Assembly (NCBI GenBank): GCA_905178155.1
Contig: CAJINV010000001.1
Location: 4,692,747 to 4,756,746, forward strand
DNA: 64,000 nucleotides
Source: Amoebophrya sp. A120
Lineage: Eukaryota; Protista; Dinoflagellata
Direction of reading: 5' to 3'
This document shows, in pieces, positions 13,001-24,200 of this stretch (the first letter of the stretch is position 1; each line of letters opens with the position of its first letter). Under the pieces are notes generated by a model that saw only the letters and a program-made list of their open reading frames with translations, did no database searches and was not told the origin of the DNA. Position numbers and translations under genes: made by a program.

Positions 13001-14601
13001 TGCGAGGAGACGAAGTGCGCATTTGAACCGGCTACTTCATCTTCCACAACACCAAAGCCGACAGACCCGGAGGTATGATCATGATTTTGTTCTTTCCTCC
13101 TCACGGATTTATTCAGAGTGAGACCGAGTGTGAAACCGATAATCAGAGTATTTAAGGCAATGTTTGCTTGAACAAGGATGCCTCCGTTGTTCCTGATGGT
13201 TTCATCTCCAGACAGTTTTTGTGCGAGTATCTATGGGAGTTGAAATGCAAAGGAGAATGATCCAGATGACGAATTTGAATAGTGGCCAAAATACGCAAGC
13301 ATGAAGATATTTTTGATTGTCAAAAACTAAATTTTCGACAGACCGCCGACGGCGAGGGGAGTGGCGAAAAAACCGAAAGCGGCAACAGCATGCTGATCGT
13401 TATCATTGTGGTCTTACCACAGTGAAAAAGCGTGTCTTCCCGGAAGCCCGGATGCATATTTGATACCAAGCGCGCTGGCTGTTTCATCGCCGAACACACG
13501 ATATTGTCACAATAAACACGAGCATTGTTATTTACAAAAAACACGACAAGAAGAAAACAAAAATGAAAATCTGAAAACATTGTATGCATAGTGGAGGAGC
13601 TCGAGCTGCAGTATGATATGGCAGTAGTCGAATGCCAGATATGTAGCAGCCGCACTCAGCCAAGTTGTAGTTGGGCAGAGAAAATGGAATATATTTATAT
13701 GGTGCAGCTCGATCACGACGGTGTATTTCTATTTGATTTCGATTTGCCAAATCGATCCGACTTCGACTTGGACTTCAGCCGTACAAGAACGTCTCTTAGG
13801 TCGCGCAGCATCGTTGGTATCTGTGATTACCTACAATTTGGTTGGCAATACCTAGCTGAAGCGACTACATTTGAGCATTGACCCTGTATTATGTATTCGG
13901 GCTTCCTTTGGGCACGTTTCCTTTCGATAACTCGTTGCGGTTGTGGCAGTGGTTGGCGGTTTGGCTGCATTCTTCCTGTGCCGTGGCGGTGGAAAGCCAG
14001 GTAACCGAATTCATGTTTTGGCAGAAAGATAGGTTACTGGTGCGTACTACAGTTTAGAGTGATACCCGTAGAGTCCGTTTTTCGTAGTATTGGTCATGAG
14101 CGGGATTTGTTCGCTCGGCAGCAGTGCTCTGAGCGTTCTTAGCGGAGATTACTGTTGGCGCAAGTACTTGGTAAAAATATCTTTCGGAAAGAGAAAAAAA
14201 GCTGTAACATTCACCAATGCCAAAACTCGAAACCGCGTACTATGTAAAAATCCGCAGGTGGGGCAGCACCGGCGGCGAAGGCCCCGGCGGGTGGTGGAGC
14301 CGCGGCCGCGCGCACTTCGGCCCGGAAATCGGCGGCTGCGGCCGCCACGGCCGCGGCGCCAGCGGAGAAGAAGAGCCAGGGCGGTGCGGCCGGGAAGGCA
14401 AGCGTCGCAGGAGAAGCACCGAAAGCGGAGGAGGCGAAGGCGGACGCCGAAGCGCCGAAGGAGGCCGCGGCTGCGGCGCCGGAGGATGCGAAGCCCGCGG
14501 AGGAGAAGCCCGCGGAGGATGAAGGACCGAAACACTTGGCGGACCTCAAACGGGACCAGGGTGATGATGATGATGACGACGACGAGGACGAAGACGAGTA
14601 A
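10073..14601 (+). CDS. Large Ala/Thr-rich type I membrane protein of unknown function, 6 exons
   Basis: Exons 10073-10175, 10356-10408, 10673-13072, 13342-13413, 13931-14000, 14258-14601 join in frame. A TM helix MLIVIIVV+LVAVVAVVGGLAAFFLC is split by an intron. Ala/Lys/Glu-rich tail with an acidic end. The first exon is the least certain. Confidence 0.7.
10409..10667. mobile_element. Introner, family A
   Basis: tatccattgcaaatgtgtctgggtctggaa ... ttccagactcagacatatttgcaatgcata; imperfect TSD acaat/gcaat; removal gives VEIHNSMSLL. Confidence 0.88.
13414..13930. mobile_element. Degenerate 517-bp inverted-repeat non-canonical intron, TTA...TAA ends, distinct family
   Basis: Interrupts the TM-helix coding sequence. 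Left tta...gaaaaagcgtgtcttccggaagcccggatgcata versus right-end reverse complement ttatcgaaaggaaacgtgcccaaaggaagcccgaatacata. No AG at the 3' junction. Confidence 0.6.
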
Positions 14602-17134
14602 ACGAATTTTGGACCATACGAAATGCAATGACAATCAACTAAGTACTCAAGCCTCGTTCAATTTTTTTCAGATGTTCATCTGCAGAAGAAATTTCATTAT
14701 CCTCCTTGGGATAACGCGATAATACATCTATTTTATGGGTCATGCACCAGACTCGTCGTGCAACTACTACTGAAGCGTGAACTTGGCTCACGCAAAAAAT
14801 GTGACAGATATCATGTTGAAATAAAAGGTTTGCATGACGAACATCGCTGCACGCTGCCATGTTTTCGAAATTGGCACGCATGATGTGAGGCTACGGTAGT
14901 TTGTTTTCCCCTGATACAGCAGAAGGTTGCTGCTAGCGACGAACGAGGTGCTGAGACCGGCAGCAAGGAAAAAGGATTGATGGAAAAGTTCAATCGGAAA
15001 ATACTAGTGGCAAAATATCATATCCAAGTTTCAATCGAAAATTACACAAAACGAACAATCAGAAATGCCATCATGCTATCGGCGTATCTGATTTTCTACA
15101 TTTTCTAAAATCGAAATACACCGCTTCAAGAATTGTCTTACGTCGTCTATGTTTTACTACATGAATCAAGTTTCGCAGGCAAAGTCATCATCCATTTAAA
15201 TTTGCTAGATATTGCAACAAAATACATCATTTTCGCATCGAAAAATCCCGTTTTAAGGTCTGAATTGCAGGTAACAGGAACACACTTCCTGAAAACGTTT
15301 ATCATTCCTAGAGAATAAATCCAGCGGAGTGTTTTTTTCCTTTCATCGTAAAAGTCGCAAGTTCGTAGGTTTGTAGCAACGGTTGACGAGGTCGTTGCTT
15401 CACAACGACTTTTAAAATTTCTTCAATGTTTTTCTTAACACATCATCACCTATACGTTTTTGTTTTTGTATTATATTTTGTTGGAATCGTTGTACAGTAT
15501 TTTGCTTGTTTATTTATTTCATCATTCACAATCACACCCCAGTTTCGACTTCAAAAAGTAAGTAAGAACCTTTTCACAGCAAGTTCCTCCCAGCGGCCTT
15601 TTTTTCAAGTAAGCGTCAGGCGCACGACGAATAAACCAAGAGTTTAGAAAATCCCATCATTCTTAATCCCCCATTTCGAAGAAACTGCAGGAGCCTAGGT
15701 ACCCAACTTTTTTCTTTTCGAGGATCCCCATGCATCTTCAACGGCTTCTTTGGAGCGTGGAAGAGGAGACGCAGTTTTGTCCGTGTGGTAAATTTGGCAA
15801 AAAGCAACTGTAGGAGGCACAATTACCGACCGCGTTGGATCCCAGCCCGGACAATTGACCCGTCTGGTCGAACCCCACAATTTTGGACCCAAAGAACTCA
15901 AGTACACTATGAAGTAGTTTATTTTTGCAGTTGTATCTATATTGGAAATCGCCCCCAGAACTACAACAACTTCAAGCTTCGAGGTGATAGAGGAAGTCCG
16001 TAGTTGAGAAAACATTTTTTTCGTTGCCCTACTTCCGGCTGAACAACATCAACAATTTAGATTTCAAGATTGGTGGCGCGACAAGGACGAGCAAGATTCT
16101 TCCGCATGTATCGCAGTAAAATCTTTCTTAGTCCTCGTGTCCTGTTATTGCTCTTGGTTGTCTAAGCCTGCTCGATTTTTACGCCGGCGGTGGGTGAAGC
16201 TGAAGGAAATGTTACGCGACATTGCCACGACAGGCTCACTCAGCCCGATTGCTTCACAGCTATGACGAAGAAAAAACGCACACGTTTCTGCTACGTTGTG
16301 GACTACTTCTATCTGTCTCCAGCCCTCTCGGTGCATTCAATCCATTCAAAGGTGTGTTAACCCTGTCAGACGGAGGAAGTCGCTTTTTTGATGAAAAAGC
16401 GGTGATTTTCCCACGTCTGCAGCTGTTGCAAATCATACCTAACTAAACATGGACGAGTGAAGCAAGGCCCACGACGAGCGCAGCGGCAAAGTTGCACTTG
16501 ATGTACTTATGTACAACCCCCGGAAATTTATCTTTTGAAACGGAGTATTTTTCAAAAGCCCCAGCTAGTTCGCTTCGTACTAGTTCCCCGATAAACCTCC
16601 TCGCTATTTGCCAGCCACCGCACACGTGATTTGTGTCAAGTACAGTTTGCAGTACAATGCGCTGCTACAACACCCTGAATACTTCTATCGTTTGGTATCG
16701 CTTTTGAGCTCACTTTTTACAGCAATATTTTCGGCGCACGGTTGCTCTACTAGCACTACATGGATTGAGATACGGCAATAAACTCCGCGCCAAGACCGAA
16801 GCTGCGTAGTCTTTACTAGTTCCGCAAAAGAATTTTGGTCACACCATAGAAATCGGAACGCGAACATAGTAGGCACGCTGTAAAGTAGCGGAAATAAAAA
16901 GTTGTAGAAGATTCCAATCAAGCGTGCACCAATTTGATAGAAGCACTGCAACATAACCTTGACACAGATCATAAACCGCTACTCCTCTTTCCGTTTCCAC
17001 CCCCTATGAAAAAAAAATCGCTACTGAAAGGTAGCATACGAGCTGCACTGACAGCAGTTCAGTTTCGTCTCAGGGAGTGTAGAACCCTGGGAGATAAAAA
17101 TCAGGTGTGTTCGCTGTGCTAGCGTAGGACGAAA

Positions 17135-19153
17135 ATGATTTCACCTGCTGCCAATGATGAAGAAGCGGCACCAGTTCAGCTGGGGTGTATTCACATCATG
17201 GCCTCTACCTTGTGATCAATCGATACAGAAGTGAAGGCATCGGTGATGGTAGCAAAATGAATTGGCATTGAGTTGCCCCGTCGCTGTAGTTGCCTGGAAC
17301 CATCACACCATCCTCGACAATGAACCGGCCGGTGCGCGGTAGTTCTTCTGCCGCCGCTCCAAAAACCACCCCGCGGGGAAAGGCAACGGCGAAGAAGGGA
17401 GCCAACAGTCCCGCGGGAGGGGTAAAGGCGGGTGGTCCATCCGCGTCACGGGGTAACAAGGCAGGGACATCACAACCGGCAGGATCAGCCACGTCCATTG
17501 TTCTTCCAGGAACTTCTACTTCGCCACTCAGTGAGGAGGAAGAAAAAGCAGTGCTAAACTTTTCGCAAGCGCTTATCCGGCAGTTCGGCGCAAACGAAGA
17601 GATTTTCACGCCGCAGCTCTTCGAGCGCGTTTGGCTCGACCTTGGCTCGACCTGGCGGGAGGTGGTAATATTACAGCCGCAAACAAGCAGACGACTCCCC
17701 GGGAGCAACCGCAATTGGGGGTTAGCAACAGCAAAGATCCCATGAGCGGGACCATGACCAGTGCGCGGACCGACATAACGCAGTTGAACTCCCGAGACAA
17801 ACTCTCCACGTCCGCAGAGCGTATAGAAATAATTCATAAATAGAATAAATGCATGCCCGGGCAGTAGCAGGCTAGCGAGCCTGTGAGCCTAGGCTGAGGC
17901 TGGACGGGCGATATTTTATGTCTGTCCGAGCCTCGCCCTTTTCCGGTAGCCGGGACCTGATGACTGTGAGGGCGAGCCTCTTCCCGTTCTGGGTTGAAGT
18001 TTATTTGCCCACCCGCCCTCCCGGTTAGTTTTACGAGATGAGCCAGTGGTCTGGGTCGGTAGTTACTTCGGATGGGTCGCTGGGCCTCGCGCCGCTCCAA
18101 TCTGTGTTGGGGTAGGACAGAGGTCGCAAGATATCTCCCACGGCGGGGGTAGGTGCTTCCAGGGCGCCTCCTCGTGCGACGCAGTGGGAGATGCTCCCAT
18201 CGAGCGATCATCCATCGGGTGATCCTTCCGCGGTGACTGCATAAAATCCACCTCTGGCCCTAGTCCCTTATCTTTCGCGGCTAGTGCTGGTCTGCGGGTT
18301 TTTTTCCACCAGAAAGGCACGTCGACGTCGGGTGATGTTGTCCCCAAGCGATGAAGGACGAGGTATAGATACACTTCTAGACATCCTGTCCTCTACAATA
18401 AAATCCTATTCTATCATTAAACAGGCAACACTAGCAAGACGCCGGCGGCCGCAACGGGCGGGGCCGCGGCGCTCTCCGGGTCCGCGGAGAGCAACAAGCT
18501 GCAGAACTCCGGCGAGCAGCGAGAACAGCAGGCGAAGGCCGAGAGTGAGCAGAAGCAGCGGGAGCAGCAGGAGGCGTTTGCGAAGGAGATCGACAAGATG
18601 CGGGGGGATATGGAGAGAAAAAAGTTTATCACAGTCACTAATTTGCAGGGTTTGCATTAGCATCACAAATTTTCCTTGTATTGCAGAAACACTAGGGAAA
18701 TCCCTAATAAAGTTTGGCTGTGATGCATTTTTACGCATGACAAACAGTTTTGTATTGCAAAAATGCGCATGAGTGATCGTGACGAACTTTTTTTGTTTGA
18801 TAGGGGATCTGGCGCAGCTGCGCCAGGAGCTGGGCGCGGAGATCACGCGGCGCGAGGAGGCGGAGCTGGAAAGCGAGTACAAGGACCACAAGGTCCAGGT
18901 GGCGGAGTCGCGGTGCGCGAAGGCGGAACACGAGAAGAGAACCGAGGAGCTGAAGGCCAGCGAGATGCAGCGCTGCCTCGAGTTGCTGCAGGAGGACGTG
19001 GTGAAGAAGACCCGGGAAGTTGAGCTCAAGTACCTGGAACAGGAGCGCAGGATCGCCATGCAGCAGGAGATGTACTCGAAGATGCACCGGCTGCAAAACT
19101 TCCTGCCCCCGAACATCATCCAAAAAAGTTTCCTCTCGGATATGAATATGTGA
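17135..19153 (+). CDS. Small coiled-coil protein of unknown function, 3 exons
   Basis: Exons 17135-17186 (tentative), 18425-18608, 18808-19153. E/Q/K-rich helical sequence with GC3-rich codons; frame restored by removing introner 18609-18802. Confidence 0.6.
17209..18380. mobile_element. Putative old 1.17-kb insertion in an intron
   Basis: Flanked by a 16-bp imperfect direct repeat: acatcatggcctctac (17193-17208) / acatcctgtcctctac (18381-18396). GC-richer than its flanks. Contains a 31-bp block repeated at 20417. Confidence 0.45.
18609..18802. mobile_element. Introner, family E-like
   Basis: tatggagagaaaaaagtttatcacagtcact ... agtgatcgtgacgaactttttttgtttgata; TSD gggga; removal restores KMRGDLAQL. 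Confidence 0.88.
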
Positions 19154-19976
19154 GCCGCCGCTATTATGGCGGTGGAACGACGGAGTCGGAAGGGAATGGT
19201 TGACCTGCGAAAGGTAAAAGAATGCCACGGAAGACTGCTAGAATTACAACCGGCAGATAAAATAAAAGATGACCACTGGAGGTGGACGCTGCTTGGTTCT
19301 AAGCTGTATTTCTTGGTTCAAGTTGAGAAGTCTACTCATCTTCTTGTTTTCCATTCTTGGGAATAAATCAGGTGAAGTGCAATCCAAAAAAGTCATGGGC
19401 CCTCTCTGCTTCCCTTCTTCAACTTATTTTTGCTCGTAGTTCTAGATCTAGTTCTTCTTCTTCTGTATTTGTTCACACGTTGTGGATTCCTGGCGAATCC
19501 ACGGGCACGGATTTATTTATAGTTCGTTGCGTAAAAAACTGTTTCATGCTCCTTGTACAAGTGGTCACAAACACAATCTATAAAACTAATCGGCACTAAT
19601 GTCTAGAACAAAACAGTAAATAGGCACTCAGGTTCTGTGGACCTGCCCCTTTGATCACACGCAGAGAATAGTAAAACACGGAAACAGTTTAGTTCATCGG
19701 ATTTCTGTACGATACGTCGCTTGGAGGTCAAAACATTTGTTTCAACATTCATTTTCCCTTATTATAAAAAACCAAAACAAAAAAAAAACCGAAGTACATT
19801 CACACAGCAGGACTTTTTCACTCCTAGCTTCGGCAACAAAAATGTGTACTAAAAAAAGTCGAAGATACACGAGAACTTCATCACTTTTACATTTTTGGGT
19901 GTCAGCATGAGCATGAAGGATTTGATTGCGCACATTGGAATCAGTCGTCTACAGGTTTCTTGTACAATGTGAGAAT

Positions 19977-20095
19977 CAGGATACCGCATCGTGTTCGTGA
20001 CGCCGTCAGGGAATGACCGTACAGGATACCGCAACGTCGATGATCAGGATACCGCAACGTCAGGGAATCAGGATACCGCAACGTCAATGACCGTA
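19977..20095 (+). repeat. Irregular tandem repeat of caggataccgca(a/t)cgt
   Basis: Four copies starting at 19977, 20022, 20045 and 20069, interleaved with gtcagggaat and aatgaccgta blocks. Confidence 0.85.
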
Positions 20096-20416
20096 GAGGG
20101 ACTAGAATGCCGCCCTCCGTCGTGTTAACCCTTGCCACAACAGCGGTGCTCGTGTATAAGTCTCAAACTTTCGCCGGGTGTAGGGTAATGGCGTGTTCTC
20201 ACGTCGGAGAGGCGACCATACTTCCCCCTCCTAGTCGTGTGCCAGGCTGCGAACTGATGTAAACCCGCTCCTGTCTATCGAGGAATTGAGTAAGAGGCAA
20301 CGCCAATCGCCACCTATCTAAAGACTAAAAAGCTGACTCTCAAACCCGAACTCAAACTGGCACTCGCATTTTGATCTATGGCACTGGTAGTCAATGTCTA
20401 TAAGTACTTACAAGAA

Positions 20417-20447
20417 TGAAGGCATCGGTGATGGTAGCAAAATGAAT
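20417..20447 (+). repeat. Dispersed 31-bp exact direct repeat
   Basis: tgaaggcatcggtgatggtagcaaaatgaat also occurs at 17232-17262. Confidence 0.9.
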
Positions 20448-21253
20448 GAAAAGAGAGATGAAAGAGGAACTTCCCTGATTATCAGCTCGGTCGCTGCAAC
20501 ACGAAGATATCTAGCTACTACACACCGTCTATGAAGCTCGTGCACCAGTGGAGAGAGAATTATACTACGTGGAAAAAACGATCGGTCACGTGCATACGTA
20601 TTACTAAACTGCAGCTGCATGAAGAGCGCATCCGTAGCGACAAACAGAAAGCGAATTTCCGTAGAAATCCCTATTCGTTCTCCTCGGTCGTACCGTACGA
20701 AACGAAACCAATCGTCCATTTCGTCCGTCCAACGCTGCGCAGAAAAAGCATTTATCCGTCCTTTGCCTTTCCCTTCGCTAGAAAAAGAAATTGGACACCT
20801 TAACTTCAACAATCACAGCGGCACTCCTTAGGCAATACCTCCCCTACTTTCTGTTCACATTCCAGAATCCCGACTAGAGAGCATTGGTTCGAGAGATAGG
20901 TTGCCAGTCCTGAAGCACGGTAGTTTTGAGGAAATATCAGAGTTGTGAGAGAGATACAGAGCTTTCGCTGTTGCTGTTTTCGATTTGCTTCGATTTTATT
21001 TTCTTGTCATACATACCACGTTGATTTGTGTGAGGTTTTCATTATTAAGCTGAATAGTGTTTATACATCACGATCATTGGTTTGGAGCCCGTTATTTGAA
21101 GCTGTAACAAAGGCACGTCTACTTTTTTGCGGTGTTTTTTTTTGAAGCCCAAACTTTTGAAATCCGAATTTTCCTTATTTCTAGCTGTCCACCAACTTGC
21201 TGTAGTCGGACCGAGGGTCAGTTTCTACTTGTTGCCGGCGCGTAGCAAGTAGA

Positions 21254-24200
21254 ATGTCCCCGTCCGCCAGTAGCAGCAGTAGAGATGTGATAGAACGCAG
21301 GAATACCAGGATAGAAGAAGCAGCAGGCCCTGATCAGGAGCTTGATCAAGAAAAGAATGTTGCACATGAAGGACTAGTAAACCAAGCAGGTGCCTTGTCA
21401 TCTCGTACTGCCAGCAGCCAGCATGGGCAGCTTGTCAAGCCACGCTTCGTTACCAGGTGCGGCGTCGGGTCTACGCCTAGCGGGCCCGTGCCCCTGGGAA
21501 GAAGCGATGGCAAACAGCGGCCAGCCTGCAGTACTGCAGAAAGCAGAGCAGTAGAAGAGTGCAAGAACATGATGAAATCTATAAGGACGGAGAAAATATT
21601 AAGGCCAAGTGCACCAGAGCAGACGATGAAGGAAGAGCATCAAACAACATTCGATCAGGGCACACGGCACAGCCGTAGTACAAAAAGCTCGCTCCCTCAG
21701 CGCGCAGGAATAATAGCAGAAGCCAGTCTGCGGCCTGTCCAACAGTGTTTCAGGAGGCGTAAAACAGGAACCATGTCAACAGCAAGAGTAGTTTCCAGTG
21801 CGAGGTACGGCTCGAATATGTCGCCGTTGCGGTTGCTGGAAGTGCTGTGCTGCGTGATATACTACCTCGGGTTCGTCTTTTCCTCGCTGGGTCCTCACCT
21901 GTCGATCCCCGTCGTTCACGCCTTCGATATCGTGACGGTGTCGCACAAGAAACAGGAGATCATAATTAACCTGCAGGCCACGTGTCCCTGCGACACCGAG
22001 GAGCTTCCCTGTTTCGATGCCACCGCACTGGAGGGCGAGCAACAGTGTAAGGCGCCGATCTTCACGGCCACCGAGGTGGCGCAGGCGGCCGCGAACGGAC
22101 AGACGCTGCTCCGGTGCGGGACCCTGGTGGACTGCATCGAGGTGAAGCTGGTCACCGAAACGCAGCAGCAACAGTTGGTGCCCCGACAGCTGCTGGAGCG
22201 GTCGCGGCTGTCGCAGTTCAAGGACGAGACCGCGCCGGTGAACGACGCGTACGGCATCCCCACCACACAGAAAAACACCATTGTCTACAGTCGGTGGACC
22301 TACATCGGCTGCTTCTCCGCGCAGGACGTGACCGCGGACGCGCGGGGCACCCCGCCCGCGCAGGCCTACGATCCCAACGCGTGCATCGACGTGTGCACCG
22401 GTCCCGGGGGACTCAAGCGGTCCGAGTACTACGAGCAGCAGCGCACCGTGATCATCGGCATCTCCGGGCTCAGCTGCGCCTGCGTGATGGACAATTTGCG
22501 GCAGTTCATCGCGGCCCCCGGGCAGTGCGACATTCCCTGTCTGCCCTCCTTCAGCAACCCGCTGTGCGGCGGCGAGGGCGACACCACCTCGGACTACTGG
22601 GGGCTGTTCATGGAGTACGAGTACCAGTCCTACGGCTCCAGCGGCGCCTACGACGTGTGGCGCTACCTCTGGTACACCGTCGTGGTCATCAAGGACTCCA
22701 CGCTGGCCACCGGGGGCGGCCAAGCCATCAGTTCCGCGGTCGTCATCAACCCGGAGCGCTACTACCTGCACTGCACCAACGAGGAGGGGCTCGCGGTCTT
22801 CCAGAATCAACTGGAAATCGTGGACACCAACCGCGACGAGTACCTGCTCTACGGCCTCTCCTACGACATCACCGGCTCCAGGCTCATCTGTATAGTTTGC
22901 TTCTTTTGCTAATGCCATTGAGATTGATCATGTTCTTCGTTTGGTTTGTAAAATTGATTAGAACACGTACACGAAAATGTTGCTGATCGTCCGTTTTTTT
23001 GCGAAAACATACGAAAAATTTGTACGACATGAATCCAAACCTTTACAGCCCTGGCGGTGGATGCGTCAACGGGGCGCACGCCGGTGGTGACGCAGAACGC
23101 CGACGACAAGTGGGCGTACAAGGTGATGGCCATCGAGATCGATGAGCGCGACCCCATGTACCCGAAGCTGACGCTGAACGTGAAGGATCTGAACGACGAG
23201 GACTTGCAGTCCATTCCCGGGCTCTATAAGTCTTCCTCCGTGGCGCAGGACAACTGGGTTTTCACGGGCGCCAGCACCATCATCTCGAAGTCCGACTTCC
23301 GTTCCTTCGCGGTGACCGCCGTGGAGAAGTCGGACACTCGCGTGGACCGGTTTTTCCTCTTTCACCTGCTGGACGAGGAGGTGATCCGGGACGGGCTGAC
23401 CTACAAGGAGTTGTCCCGCGTGAAGCTGATCCACCAACAGAACCTGGGGTTCAAGGCGCTGCAGATCTTCGGGGACACCCGCCAGGGCACGATCTCCGCG
23501 CTGGGCCCGATCAACGGGGCCATGATGTACGTGGTGCTGGGGTACCTGTTCAAGGACCCCCGGGGCAACGCGCAGTGGCACAGCTACTACGACGAGTCCA
23601 ACCCAGCCACGGGCCGCTACTGGGCGCAGCAGGAGATCGCCACCTTCCACGTCTACCCCGGCGGCGGGACCAGTGCGCCGCGGAACACCACCTTCATCTC
23701 CTACCGGAACTACCCGGAGTCAGTGGCGGCGCCGCGACCGCGGCTGGAGACGGCCTACTCGGTCATGCAGATCAACATGGCCAACGGGTACACGGAGAAG
23801 TGGTGTCAGGTGGAGTCCTGCGAGATCGGCGACACGCACCGTTCCATCGATCCGGACGTGCCCTACGCAAACCTGTTCAACGCGGAGGCCGGGTTCCCGC
23901 TCAGTCTGTCGGCGCCGAAGGTGGTGCACGCGCGGTTCACCATCGAGGGTCTGTTCCTGAAAATCGTGTGGAACATGGAGACCACGCGGGGTGGGATTCC
24001 GATCGACACGGACGGAGATCGCCTGCCCGACCGAATCGAACAGAGCAAGGACCGCAGCGGTACAGATGTCGTGTTTTGGACAGCGTGCTAGAACAACTGG
24101 GCATCATTCAACAAATTCGTTTTGGATAGGAAAATTTTGCATGCGTAGTCTTTTTTTGATGTGTTGATGGATGCTAGCTAAGTTTTTGCTCGTGCCACGT

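Noticed and set aside
14602-17134. Short ORFs in AT-richer gaps, also 46807-48649 and 50407-51787 (including 50984-51985 minus)
   Set aside because: No GC3 codon bias, motifs or consistent splice structure; treated as intergenic or UTR.
17232-17262. Minus-strand SL relic (cattttgct)
   Set aside because: Only a 7-nt core match, expected by chance.
19977-20095. CRISPR-like array
   Set aside because: Eukaryotic context, only four short repeats, spacers of irregular length that are themselves repeated, and no cas genes.
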